DNA from: a virus
Length of the DNA stretch: 48,852 nucleotides
IMG/VR virus record: IMGVR_UViG_3300010399_000003
Span: 1 to 48,852 of that record
Strand: one strand, 5' to 3'
Shown here: piece by piece, positions 32,123 to 40,769 of the stretch
Numbering within the stretch: position 1 is the first letter of the stretch
Layout of the letters: the number at the start of each line of letters is the position of its first letter
Made by a program: the position numbers and the translations under genes
Notes under the pieces: generated by a model
Databases searched by the model: none
The model's input: the letters and a program-made list of their open reading frames with translations, nothing else
What the model was told of the DNA's origin: nothing

Positions 32123-32521
32123 ATGGCATTCAAGTTGACGAAAGCGGAAAGCGCCGAGCGTGAGCAAGTGCTTCAGCAATTGAACGATGCGTGGACTGCA
32201 TACGAAGACGAACTGAGCAAGGCGAAAGAAGCGATTCAAGCAGTCTACGATTCGCTCAACGCGAAACTCGGCGACTATCGTACGGCGATCGAAGAAGCTA
32301 CTCGCGTCAGCGAAGAAATTGGAAATCGTTTGCGTGAGGAATGGGACGGTAAAAGCGAAAAGTGGCAGGAGAGCGACGCTGGAACTAGTGCCAATGAGAT
32401 GGTCGAACAGTGGGAAAATGTACAGTTCGATGAGGTCGAGGATCTCGATCCGCCCGATATTGAGGAAGTCAACAGCGATCACTGCGAAACCTTTGAGGGA
32501 TTACCAACGGAGGTCGAATGA
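32123..32521 (+). CDS. hypothetical acidic coiled-coil protein
   Basis: ATG follows GAGGTGA. Confidence 0.5.
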   Translation: MAFKLTKAESAEREQVLQQLNDAWTAYEDELSKAKEAIQAVYDSLNAKLGDYRTAIEEATRVSEEIGNRLREEWDGKSEKWQESDAGTSANEMVEQWENVQFDEVEDLDPPDIEEVNSDHCETFEGLPTEVE

Positions 32522-32934
32522 GATCCGCAGCTGAAATCGGCATGCTCTGGCCGCGTTGCAAATCGTGCGGTCACATCGCACAGTCGCACAGCACTGGCGA
32601 AACTATCTGCGGCGAAATGGTTCGCGCACTCTGCCCGACGTGTGGCACATGGCAGAAAATCTCGTGCCAGTGCTTGATCTACAACGGACCGACGTGGGAT
32701 GAGTTCGTGAAGACCTTCAATCTCACGCCGGAAGAAATTGAACGCTATTTTCCAAAGGATGTGCGCATGGGATCAAACGTCTACCTAATCCGCGAGAAAG
32801 AAACCGAGAAGCTCTTTTCCATCTGGACTAGCCGAGAAATGGCGAGTGCCGCATTGTTGTACTATCAAGCGCGAGGCGTAAAATGCCACGTCATCGAATG
32901 GCAAGTGAACGTCAGTTTCGAACAACCCGCGTGA
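32518..32934 (+). CDS. hypothetical zinc-ribbon protein
   Basis: ATGA overlap. CKSC...CPTC. Confidence 0.5.
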   Translation: MRSAAEIGMLWPRCKSCGHIAQSHSTGETICGEMVRALCPTCGTWQKISCQCLIYNGPTWDEFVKTFNLTPEEIERYFPKDVRMGSNVYLIREKETEKLFSIWTSREMASAALLYYQARGVKCHVIEWQVNVSFEQPA

Positions 32935-33194
32935 TTGTCGATTTCCAAATCTGCCGCCATTGCGAGCACATCACGACAGTCTTCCGTGGTCAGGAACCAC
33001 AAACGGTATGCGATCGCTGTTACGCATCCACGTGGATCTTCACCAGCGCGGCTGATTCAGAAAATGAGCCGCTTGAAGAAGCGATGACTGTGTGGTTGCT
33101 GTGCAACGAGGCTCGCGCCAAACGAATCTTGACAGCATTCTATCTCCGATCGCTTTCGCTGATTCGAAAAATCTATGAGACAAAAATTCATTGA
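32931..33194 (+). CDS. hypothetical zinc-ribbon protein
   Basis: GTGA overlap. CRHC...CDRC. Confidence 0.4.
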   Translation: MIVDFQICRHCEHITTVFRGQEPQTVCDRCYASTWIFTSAADSENEPLEEAMTVWLLCNEARAKRILTAFYLRSLSLIRKIYETKIH

Positions 33195-33534
33195 ACTCTG
33201 CCACGAGATGGCAGCACACACAGCACCGGAGTGCGCGAATAATTGTCGCGTTCCGCACTCGTGCTGTGCTCCAGAGTATTGCGAATTAGCGGAACATAGC
33301 ATGGAGAAGCACGGCGTCTTGCTGCAACCGACTAATCATCCAACGCTCAAATACATGAGTCCGACTGGATGTATCGTCGAACCGCAGTATCGGTTGCTCT
33401 GCACTCTCCACACCTGCGCCATCAGTAGCCACGGTTTCAAAGCTGGCGATCCTGAATGGACGAAGAAATATTTCCATTTGCGTGACGCGATGGAGATTGA
33501 ATTGTGGGTTGAAGAATCGGAGGACAAGACATGA
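33175..33534 (+). CDS. hypothetical Cys-rich protein (CxxxCx5CC, YkgJ-like pattern)
   Basis: ECANNCRVPHSCC followed by GCIVEPQYRLLCTLHTC resembles the Fe-S/zinc-chelating CxxCxxCC family. Weak. Confidence 0.45.
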   Translation: MRQKFIELCHEMAAHTAPECANNCRVPHSCCAPEYCELAEHSMEKHGVLLQPTNHPTLKYMSPTGCIVEPQYRLLCTLHTCAISSHGFKAGDPEWTKKYFHLRDAMEIELWVEESEDKT

Positions 33535-33992
33535 TAGCTGAGCGACGATTTCGTGAACAAGTAGTGGCCGAAGCGCTGGCACGATTTGTTCATCACAACC
33601 AAACGCTGATGTCGAGCAACGAATCGTATATCATGCATCCTTCGGCAGTGGCGAGCGCATTGCCGGATTCGCTGAAAGCCGCCGGGTGGCTGCATGACGT
33701 CATCGAAGATTCACCGCCGGAATGTCCGATCACGCCGATCCGTCTGGTCGCGGCGGGGATTTCGCTCTTCACGGCGACAATCGTCGACATCGTATCGCGC
33801 ACCGAGAATGAAACATACGAACGCTACATTCAACGCGTCGCGACATCCGGAAATCGTGGCGCGATTGAAGTAAAGCTGGCCGACTTGAGACATAATCTGC
33901 GACCCGGATGTCCATCCTCGCTTCGTGAACGTTATGAGCGAGCCGTTCCTATCCTGACTGCAGCATTGGAGACCATGATCAATGGCACATAA
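33531..33992 (+). CDS. RelA/SpoT-type HD-domain protein (small alarmone hydrolase-like)
   Basis: HHNQ...YIMHPSAVA...AAGWLHDVIEDS...IEVKLADLRHNL matches the (p)ppGpp hydrolase HD_4 signature blocks in order. Only 153 aa, with no synthetase domain. Confidence 0.8.
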   Translation: MIAERRFREQVVAEALARFVHHNQTLMSSNESYIMHPSAVASALPDSLKAAGWLHDVIEDSPPECPITPIRLVAAGISLFTATIVDIVSRTENETYERYIQRVATSGNRGAIEVKLADLRHNLRPGCPSSLRERYERAVPILTAALETMINGT

Positions 33993-34167
33993 GGTCGTAT
34001 CGTATATTCAAGTGACGCGAGCTACATCTTCACTGACGGCCTATCGTACTGTGAAGGACTGGCTCAATCGCTATTCACATCAACGAGTCGTTGAAAAGAT
34101 TGACGAGAAAATTGCGGAGAAGGAACAGCTCATCGCGAAATACGCTGAAATGGGGGATGAAGAATGA
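33982..34167 (+). CDS. hypothetical protein
   Basis: Track ORF with an 11-nt overlap. Confidence 0.45.
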   Translation: MAHKVVSYIQVTRATSSLTAYRTVKDWLNRYSHQRVVEKIDEKIAEKEQLIAKYAEMGDEE

Positions 34168-34334
34168 CCTATTGGTTATGGCACATCATTATTCCCGCGA
34201 TCCTCGGGTTCATCGCTGGCGTCTATGTCGCCAGTCATCGGCGAACGAAGCGTCTGCGCACTGAAGCGAAAGAAGACCAAGAACGACTGCGGCGTATTGA
34301 ACAGGCCGAGCACAGATTTCGGAGGAGGTCATGA
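34164..34334 (+). CDS. small single-pass membrane protein (56 aa, not in ORF track)
   Basis: ATGA overlaps at both ends. Translation is MTYWLWHIIIPAILGFIAGVYVASHRRTKRLRTEAKEDQERLRRIEQAEHRFRRRS. Confidence 0.45.
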   Translation: MTYWLWHIIIPAILGFIAGVYVASHRRTKRLRTEAKEDQERLRRIEQAEHRFRRRS

Positions 34335-34636
34335 AAGTCGGTGATCGTGTTCGTGAGAATATGGAAGACGGTCCGCAAATTGGTATGCGCGGGACAATCG
34401 AGAAAATCAGTCCGCTAGGTTACATCAAAATCCAGTGGGATCGTCAACACAATCTGTTGCCTGCCTATTTCCGTCCAGGAACAGAAGATGTGATACTCGT
34501 GACCGGCGAAGATGCACGACCGCGCCATGTCTGGAAGGTGCTCGACGATATCCACGCGGACCCGCCCTGCGAAGTGTGCGGAGTGATTCAAACAGATGCG
34601 AACGAACGCGAACCTTGTCCAGGAGCGAAGCCATGA
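34331..34636 (+). CDS. hypothetical protein
   Basis: GGAGGAGG SD, ATGA overlap. Confidence 0.5.
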   Translation: MKVGDRVRENMEDGPQIGMRGTIEKISPLGYIKIQWDRQHNLLPAYFRPGTEDVILVTGEDARPRHVWKVLDDIHADPPCEVCGVIQTDANEREPCPGAKP

Positions 34637-34935
34637 TCATCACAGGAGAATGGGACGACGAGCATTGGTATGGCGATGTGCGTGTCGACGGCCGCGTGCT
34701 CAGTCCGAAGCGATCGCAGAAAATCAGGAACCACAGTCCAGACGGATTTGCGTGGGGTTACGGCGGCAGTGGACCAGCGCAACTGGCGTTGGCGATTTTG
34801 CTGAAGGCTGGGTTGTCGCCGGAGCGCGCGGTTGACCTCTATCAGCAGTTCAAGGTACAGTACATTTCCAATCTGCCACGTGGCGCCTTCATGCTCGACG
34901 TCGACGTGCTCGATTGGGTGCGGAGGCAAAAGTGA
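34633..34935 (+). CDS. hypothetical protein
   Basis: ATGA overlap. Internal Met of track ORF 34435..34935. GYGGSGPAQLALAIL segment. Confidence 0.5.
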   Translation: MIITGEWDDEHWYGDVRVDGRVLSPKRSQKIRNHSPDGFAWGYGGSGPAQLALAILLKAGLSPERAVDLYQQFKVQYISNLPRGAFMLDVDVLDWVRRQK

Positions 34936-35192
34936 TGCTAACCGTTCATGTCATCAGTTTCCGTCGCAAAAGAAACTCGCGGCCGGAAGTCGGATTGATC
35001 ATCAACGAAGATATGCTGATCATCGATAGCAAGGCGAAGATCGTGGAAACAGTCTGGACGTTCCAACATATGTGGTGGCGTGGCGCGTTGGCTGTGGACA
35101 CACGCGAAACGCCGATCAAACTTTCGCTCCAGAACGAAACTGCGGAAGCTATAAAAGAATTTCACAAGCGCCACAGTCTCAAAAGAAAATGA
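34935..35192 (+). CDS. hypothetical protein
   Basis: TGATG overlap. Confidence 0.45.
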   Translation: MLTVHVISFRRKRNSRPEVGLIINEDMLIIDSKAKIVETVWTFQHMWWRGALAVDTRETPIKLSLQNETAEAIKEFHKRHSLKRK

Positions 35193-35467
35193 ACACGAAT
35201 CGCAAATTGACTCCACGTCAAGCGCTCAAATTGATGGATCAAGCACGGCGAGATCGCATCAAAGATGCAATTTACGCCACGTACAATTCTGTTGGCGGAG
35301 ATGTGTGGGGCGAAAAGACGCCATCCGATGCGATCTTCGTCGATGTCGTGTGTGACAATATTCGTTACTTCCGCAAGGGGACCAAATGCACGAACGAAGA
35401 CGTCGATATTTTCTGGGCACTCAGCGCCAGACAGCGAAGAATTCTGTGCCTGGAAGTGGGTCCGTAA
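35189..35467 (+). CDS. hypothetical protein
   Basis: ATGA overlap. Confidence 0.5.
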   Translation: MNTNRKLTPRQALKLMDQARRDRIKDAIYATYNSVGGDVWGEKTPSDAIFVDVVCDNIRYFRKGTKCTNEDVDIFWALSARQRRILCLEVGP

Positions 35468-35616
35468 TGAGCAAGCGGAAGCGCAAGATACGATCGATGA
35501 AGTGCCCGAACTGCAATGAATCAGGGTTGTCGGGGATGCCTGGGCAGCACCGTCAATTGCGGATCGTTTGCCTCTTTTGCCACCACGAATTTGTGGAAGA
35601 ATGGAAGCCGGAATGA
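35467..35616 (+). CDS. small zinc-ribbon protein (49 aa)
   Basis: TAATG overlap. CPNC...CLFC. Last gene of the + block. Confidence 0.4.
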   Translation: MSKRKRKIRSMKCPNCNESGLSGMPGQHRQLRIVCLFCHHEFVEEWKPE

Positions 35617-35640
35617 ATTCTAGGTGGGTCGCCCTAGAAT
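35617..35640 (+). terminator. hairpin immediately after the last + strand gene
   Basis: ATTCTAGG-TGGGTCGC-CCTAGAAT (8-bp stem), starting 1 nt after the TGA at 35614-35616. Confidence 0.35.
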
Positions 35641-35760
35641 GGTTTAAGCGACTCCGCTGGGGAAGTAATCAGAGGGTAAGGTAACGCTAAGGGGAGAGTC
35701 CGAATTCGGGCTGCTTCTTAAACCCAGGTTCGTCCGATTTGGTGCTTGGCGCGACCCAAA

Positions 35761-35788
35761 TAGCCCACGGCCGTCAGGTCGTGGGCTA
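35761..35788. terminator. candidate bidirectional terminator between convergent blocks
   Basis: TAGCCCACG-GCCGTCAGGT-CGTGGGCTA (9-bp stem), flanked by CCAAA upstream and CATTT downstream. Lies 20 nt from the stop of the - strand gene at 35808. Confidence 0.55.
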
Positions 35789-35807
35789 TCGCCATTTATG
35801 GCCCTCT

Positions 35808-36560
35808 TTAGCGGTCCGTGATAATCGCGGCCTCGCCCTGCTCGGCGAGGAGTCTCTCCAAGGAACGATAGGACAGCCAGACCGGCCACGGATAGAGTTC
35901 ACCCCACGAATTCAACCAGCCAATCGCTTGCCGCTCGTCGGAACATAGCGGCGCGCAAATGCAATGCCCGCCAACGATCGGTCCCCACTCTGATTCTGAC
36001 CGCACCCACTTTTCCACTTTCCGCCCGACGGTCTTGTCGACTGCCTCATAGAGACCATCGTACCAGTTGATACCCAAGCAAACGACCGGCCGTTTGCCGA
36101 TTGCCTGCATTTCGGCGAAGTAAGTGCGGATCTGGTCAACTGACGTCAACCACCGATTGACGTCCACGATGCCTTCATCCAGTTCTTCCGGACGTTCATG
36201 GCCGGCATAGAATCGGGAATGGCCTTTCGTTCGAAGTACATCGAATCCAGCACGCAACGACGTCCCACCCTCCGGTGGTGTATCTTCCCACTCGTCGATT
36301 GCCTGTGCCTCGTGGTACAGCCATAGAGCGCTGTATTTCTTGCGATTCAGAATCGACATCATGATCGATTCGCCGAAACCGACGCACGCACCTTCGCGGC
36401 CCTGATCATAGAAGGCGTGATATGAATTCGGCAACGGAAGGTCCGTGACTTCGACCTCAGCAACCGTGCGCTGCAATCCGCGCAACGCGGTGCCGGGATA
36501 TTTCAGGACATGCTCGAAATCGGTTGGCGGCCGTCGATCTACAATGGGTCGTTCTTCCAT
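35808..36560 (-). CDS. papain-like (C1 family) cysteine peptidase-like protein
   Basis: QGREGACVGFG (catalytic Cys context QxxxGxC), GGHCICA (His) and GWLNSWG (NSWG Asn/Trp block) in the canonical Cys-His-Asn order. Confidence 0.6.
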   Translation of the reverse strand: MEERPIVDRRPPTDFEHVLKYPGTALRGLQRTVAEVEVTDLPLPNSYHAFYDQGREGACVGFGESIMMSILNRKKYSALWLYHEAQAIDEWEDTPPEGGTSLRAGFDVLRTKGHSRFYAGHERPEELDEGIVDVNRWLTSVDQIRTYFAEMQAIGKRPVVCLGINWYDGLYEAVDKTVGRKVEKWVRSESEWGPIVGGHCICAPLCSDERQAIGWLNSWGELYPWPVWLSYRSLERLLAEQGEAAIITDR

Positions 36561-36582
36561 GATTCACTCCCGAGCTCACTGG

Positions 36583-37020
36583 TTAGCGGACCAGTGAGCT
36601 ACCAGCATTTATGGCCGTCTTTTTCGGCCGATCCAAACGATTGAAGAACTTTTCCACTTCACGCATGAGGAACGAAAGATAGTAGGTGTAGACTTCCTCG
36701 CTGTCAGGCGCGAAGCGCACGCCGCGGTCATTCAAGATATGGATGACTGCATGCAAGCACTCGTGTCCAACGGTTTGCGATTCCGCACGTGTGGAGGGAA
36801 ACCACAGAAACCACTCACGCACGCCATCGCAGCCATCATTGATGAGCTCAATCATTTTACCGAGTGGTTCCGGGCCATCGACGGCCGTCGTATTGTCCTT
36901 GTAGTGACACCGATACCACTCGGCAAATTCGAGATACGGACCAACGCACATGTGAATCGTTGCGCGGAACACTGGATCGCGGACTGTAAAGGTCCGCAGC
37001 ACCCGGCGCGATTGAGTCAC
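36583..37020 (-). CDS. hypothetical protein with HExxH motif
   Basis: VGHECLHAVIH. ATGA-type 4-nt overlap with the upstream gene. Confidence 0.5.
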   Translation of the reverse strand: MTQSRRVLRTFTVRDPVFRATIHMCVGPYLEFAEWYRCHYKDNTTAVDGPEPLGKMIELINDGCDGVREWFLWFPSTRAESQTVGHECLHAVIHILNDRGVRFAPDSEEVYTYYLSFLMREVEKFFNRLDRPKKTAINAGSSLVR

Positions 37021-38594
37021 AGCGTACCAAAAATCGCCTTCAATGCCTGCACATCGGCTCCCGGCAATTTTCCATCCGTAGTCTTGACCTGCGCGATTGC
37101 CGAATCAGGAATCACTCCGTGATCAGAGTCAAAGCTGGCGTCCCAATTCGCTGGCGGCAACCGCAGATTATCAACAGGCAAAACTCCCTGTGCACGGGCT
37201 CCTTGCCGCCACGCGTTTCCACTGATTTGAGTTCCAGTCCAATCTTTCTCGATTGCCGGGAAGCCGATGCCGTTCGACTGTGAAAAGTAGCCATAGCTGC
37301 TTTCCGCCATGACGGAATTCGTCAGGACAAATTTGCCCGGCGCTTTGGTGATGCCTGAATCGAACCACGTATTCATCCACGAATGCTGATTCGTATGCAT
37401 CGTGATGTGATCCATTACGAAAAATTCTTCGCATCCGTTGGCGAACGGTGCACCGCGGCCAGTGCCCAGCCACGGCGTAAGGTTGATCGTATGAGCAAGC
37501 ACGTTGCGGATGGTCACACGACGCATCCAATCGCTGATACGTCCGCTATCGTTCTTTCCGATGAACCCGAATACGCTGCCGACGTTGCGAATCAGCAGGT
37601 TTGTCATTGTCATATCTTCGCAGGTCGCCCAAGTTTCGATGTTCTCGCCGTTGCAGGCTTTCAACATGATCGCCACACCAGTCGGCCAATCGCGTGACCA
37701 GTTGTTTTCGAACAGGCAACTGTCAACAAGCATTCGCTTGACATGCTTGATTTCGAAGAGCGTTTTGATCGACGCGGTCTTCCAGGCATCATTGAACTGC
37801 TTTTTCAAGTGGCAGTATTTCATCACGATGTCCTGACAGGCCATTTCTGGAGAAGCACTGTCACTTCCGCCGAACATCACGTTCTCCGCGCCGCCTTCGA
37901 AGTAGTTATCATCCAGCACAATGTTCTGGCCACCGTTCCACGCGCTGACTGCCTGTGAGTCTCTCCCTGGTTCGAAGATGTCCTTGAAGTAAGACTTCTT
38001 CACCGTGACATTGGACGCATTGAGAGCGATTCCACGGTGAGCTCCAGCTGTAGGATCGCCAAAGACAAAGACTCGATCAAACATGAATCCGTCTGGACGA
38101 TCTGCAGGTGTTGGCATGCTATTCTTGTCACCACCCATCTCAATAGTCGTAAATGATTTGGTGACTGGTGGCCCGAAGGCCACATTGACGAACGCGGTAT
38201 TCCGCGATTTGTTTAGGATACGAACCGGGCTCTTTGCCGCGGTGACTCCGAAAATCTGGCCCATCGCAGGGAGATATTCTGGACCTGTCCGTTTACCATC
38301 GGCTGGTAAGTTCGTGCTGTCAGAAGAAAATGTGATCAGCTTCGCATCAGTCGGTCTTTCCGCAAGTTTCAGCTCGCCATTGTGGATACCAGGCGCAAGC
38401 AAGATTGTGCCGCCAGTCGGCAGAAGTGTATCATACGCTTTCTGCACACTGTCGCCAACATTAACCTTGATCACGTCCTTGGCTGGCTCCGGTTTCGGAA
38501 CCAGCAGCACGCTATCCAATTCTTTTTCGATGCTATCCGCCGATGCACGAATGGATTGCAGCATCGAGTCTATCCGCTCTCGTTCACCAGCCAT
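37017..38594 (-). CDS. right-handed beta-helix (pectate-lyase-fold) tail spike/depolymerase-like protein
   Basis: N-terminal coiled coil, then GGTILLAPGIHNGELKL. Repeated short Asn/Gly/Val-rich strands (NVxF, NVTV, NIVLDDNYFEGGAENVMFGG) are typical of parallel beta-helices. ATG 38594 lies 1 nt after the upstream stop (internal Met of the track ORF). Confidence 0.55.
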   Translation of the reverse strand: MAGERERIDSMLQSIRASADSIEKELDSVLLVPKPEPAKDVIKVNVGDSVQKAYDTLLPTGGTILLAPGIHNGELKLAERPTDAKLITFSSDSTNLPADGKRTGPEYLPAMGQIFGVTAAKSPVRILNKSRNTAFVNVAFGPPVTKSFTTIEMGGDKNSMPTPADRPDGFMFDRVFVFGDPTAGAHRGIALNASNVTVKKSYFKDIFEPGRDSQAVSAWNGGQNIVLDDNYFEGGAENVMFGGSDSASPEMACQDIVMKYCHLKKQFNDAWKTASIKTLFEIKHVKRMLVDSCLFENNWSRDWPTGVAIMLKACNGENIETWATCEDMTMTNLLIRNVGSVFGFIGKNDSGRISDWMRRVTIRNVLAHTINLTPWLGTGRGAPFANGCEEFFVMDHITMHTNQHSWMNTWFDSGITKAPGKFVLTNSVMAESSYGYFSQSNGIGFPAIEKDWTGTQISGNAWRQGARAQGVLPVDNLRLPPANWDASFDSDHGVIPDSAIAQVKTTDGKLPGADVQALKAIFGTL

Positions 38595-38595
38595 A

Positions 38596-39087
38596 TCATG
38601 CTCCCCTGATGGTTCGCCACGCCTGATTGAAATTGTTGGGCCACGCGTCCGGCCGAGGCTTACCAGGACGCCAACGAGCACGATAAATCATCCATCCTTT
38701 GTTGTACTCAGTCGATGTCGGCATTGAACGCGGATCAATCCACAGCAACAACCGTGCAAAAACAGTCGCAAGTACATCATTATCGACGATAGCATCGTAC
38801 ACCGAAGAAGGTGCAGGTGCGTAAAGTAGCAGCTTACAAATCGCGCCAGCGATTTCCATCGTGAGAGGATTGTTCAGGACTTCGGTGACGCCACCGGCTC
38901 GTTCAAATTGATACAGACCGTGCGCTGGACCATTCGGCACCTGTATTCGGTGTTCCAACCCTGATTCCTGCAAGGCGATAGCCAACAATTGCGCTGTCGC
39001 TTCCTGGCTGTTCATACGGCCGGGAAGCAGTGCATAAGCAGCAGGAATCGTATGCGTGTACGTGTGCCAGATAAAGTCTTCAGTCAT
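38596..39087 (-). CDS. lytic transglycosylase (SLT)-like lysozyme
   Basis: LAIALQESGLEHR...GPAHGLYQFE fits the SLT catalytic E-S...GLxQ pattern. Confidence 0.55.
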   Translation of the reverse strand: MTEDFIWHTYTHTIPAAYALLPGRMNSQEATAQLLAIALQESGLEHRIQVPNGPAHGLYQFERAGGVTEVLNNPLTMEIAGAICKLLLYAPAPSSVYDAIVDNDVLATVFARLLLWIDPRSMPTSTEYNKGWMIYRARWRPGKPRPDAWPNNFNQAWRTIRGA

Positions 39088-39443
39088 CCTAGTTGCTTAT
39101 AAACATTGATGAAACGAGTTCGTTCGGCATTAATTTCAGCGGGAGTTGGTTGTCGATTGAGACGGCCCCATAACGAAGTAATCACAGCTGCTTTGAGACC
39201 GCGATTTTGATCAATATCTTGTTTCGCAGTTAAATCAGCTTTTGTCGAATCGTAATCGTCAATTTCTTGTTGTGTTGCAGCACGAAGAATTCCATTTTGT
39301 ATTCGCTGTAAACGAAAATCAAGGTGAGGAAGATCGTCTTGAGTGAGTTCAAAAAGTCCTTCTGTAGACGGATCATAAAGTGGTTGAAAATAACCACCTT
39401 CAAGGATTTGACCTGTAGTTTTATCGAATCGATAAATTCTCAT
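39084..39443 (-). CDS. hypothetical protein (possible fibre accessory/assembly protein by position)
   Basis: 4-nt overlap with the downstream gene; directly follows the tail fibre gene. Confidence 0.45.
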   Translation of the reverse strand: MRIYRFDKTTGQILEGGYFQPLYDPSTEGLFELTQDDLPHLDFRLQRIQNGILRAATQQEIDDYDSTKADLTAKQDIDQNRGLKAAVITSLWGRLNRQPTPAEINAERTRFINVYKQLG

Positions 39444-39458
39444 GACCTGATCTCCGAA

Positions 39459-40769
39459 TTAGGAAACCCACTCATAACCAGTGATCCAAACATAGCCGGT
39501 GCCAGCACCAACACGGAAATACATCGCCTGCATCTCAGTGTGAAATTCCGACGAAAAGCCAACAACCATGCTATTCGCTGCGGCTGGTTGTTGCATAATA
39601 ACATTATTGCGGAGCGTTGTTGAACGCATGTCATAGGCATCTGGAACCGGACCAATGCAAACACTTGCACCGTTCGTTGTATTTTGACCAGCAGCCCACA
39701 CTTTAGTTGGTCCATACGGAATTACCGTTGCCAGATCCGTGAGTACTTCAATAGTTGACGTTGAACCATTCACGATGAGATGATCATTTAATAATTGAGC
39801 GCGTCGGTCAGTTTGAATGAACGCGTCGAAGTTGCTCGAACCATCATTGTAAACATAGCCAACCTTTGTATTCTTTGTATAACCAGTTGGCATCGTCGGC
39901 ACACTATCGTTAAGGCGAGTGTGTGTTTTGAATGTATAATCGGCAGTTGCACTTGAAGTCCAAGTCGTTCCATCGTAGCCATAGAACTGACCATTTGCGT
40001 AAACACTACCTCCTGCGGAATAGTGCCACGAAACATAGTTGACAGCACTCGTGGTATAATCACCTTGTAGAACAATGTAATATGTCGTGCCGGAGGTCAG
40101 AGTTGCAGGTGATCGGAAGATGAATTGTACCCACTGACTAGACGTGCTGAATGCATTAGCGTCGAGTTTGTCCGACGTCGCGAGTGGCGTTCCGGATGGA
40201 CTGCCACTGGAATCTGCTTCAATAGTCAACCATACACGACCTGCTGGATTACCAGCACGAAACATCAGAATATCAACTGCGTCCAGAGGACCAGTCGTGC
40301 CTGGCTTAAAGCTCTGACCTTCCTTGACGTTGGTTGTGGCACCAAATCGGAGTGGGCTATTTGTTGTCTGTGCCGTTTGCGATTGATCAACAGGTGCGGA
40401 TTTCGCCTTGTGTAAAAGCAAACCCTTAGTGCCATCATCTTTAGCAATGGCGTGCACTTCGTATCGAGTTGACGCAGCCTCGCTACCAGTGTCAAGGCCG
40501 TTTGCGCCAGAAACAGTAATATCAGCGGTCTGACCATCCCAATTACTCAGACGAGTTCCATCACTCATCACGATTTCATCCGCCTTTAACCAGACTCGAC
40601 TTGCAGCCAAGTTAAAGTCAGGATGTGTCCGCAAGCGTAGACCACGAAAAGTTTGTAACAGATGGTGTTCAGATCGAAGTGAGTTAAGATTATCACGAAT
40701 ATGGGTATTCAGCATCGAGGCTGTCACCATTTCGCCAGCGTTCCACGTACGAGGATTTGTCCAAGCCAT
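39459..40769 (-). CDS. tail fibre protein
   Basis: The N-terminus MAWTNPRTWNAGEMVTASMLNTHIRDNLNSL resembles conserved phage fibre N-termini. The remainder is Gly/Thr/Ser/Asn-rich. TAATG coupling to the upstream gene. Confidence 0.5.
   Translation of the reverse strand: MAWTNPRTWNAGEMVTASMLNTHIRDNLNSLRSEHHLLQTFRGLRLRTHPDFNLAASRVWLKADEIVMSDGTRLSNWDGQTADITVSGANGLDTGSEAASTRYEVHAIAKDDGTKGLLLHKAKSAPVDQSQTAQTTNSPLRFGATTNVKEGQSFKPGTTGPLDAVDILMFRAGNPAGRVWLTIEADSSGSPSGTPLATSDKLDANAFSTSSQWVQFIFRSPATLTSGTTYYIVLQGDYTTSAVNYVSWHYSAGGSVYANGQFYGYDGTTWTSSATADYTFKTHTRLNDSVPTMPTGYTKNTKVGYVYNDGSSNFDAFIQTDRRAQLLNDHLIVNGSTSTIEVLTDLATVIPYGPTKVWAAGQNTTNGASVCIGPVPDAYDMRSTTLRNNVIMQQPAAANSMVVGFSSEFHTEMQAMYFRVGAGTGYVWITGYEWVS

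Noticed and set aside
35641-35760. Possible tRNA (GGTTCG-containing stretch) in the convergent spacer; also GGGTTCGTTCGCGG at 12011-12024
   Set aside because: I could not build acceptor, D or anticodon arms around either T-loop-like string. This was not verified with tRNAscan-type tools.
38083-38727. 214-aa + strand ORF opposite the beta-helix gene; also 45562..46143 and 43483..44010 (+) opposite tail genes
   Set aside because: All are antisense to long, motif-bearing - strand genes in an overlap-coupled operon. 43483..44010 is merely the reverse reading of the HxD repeat DNA.
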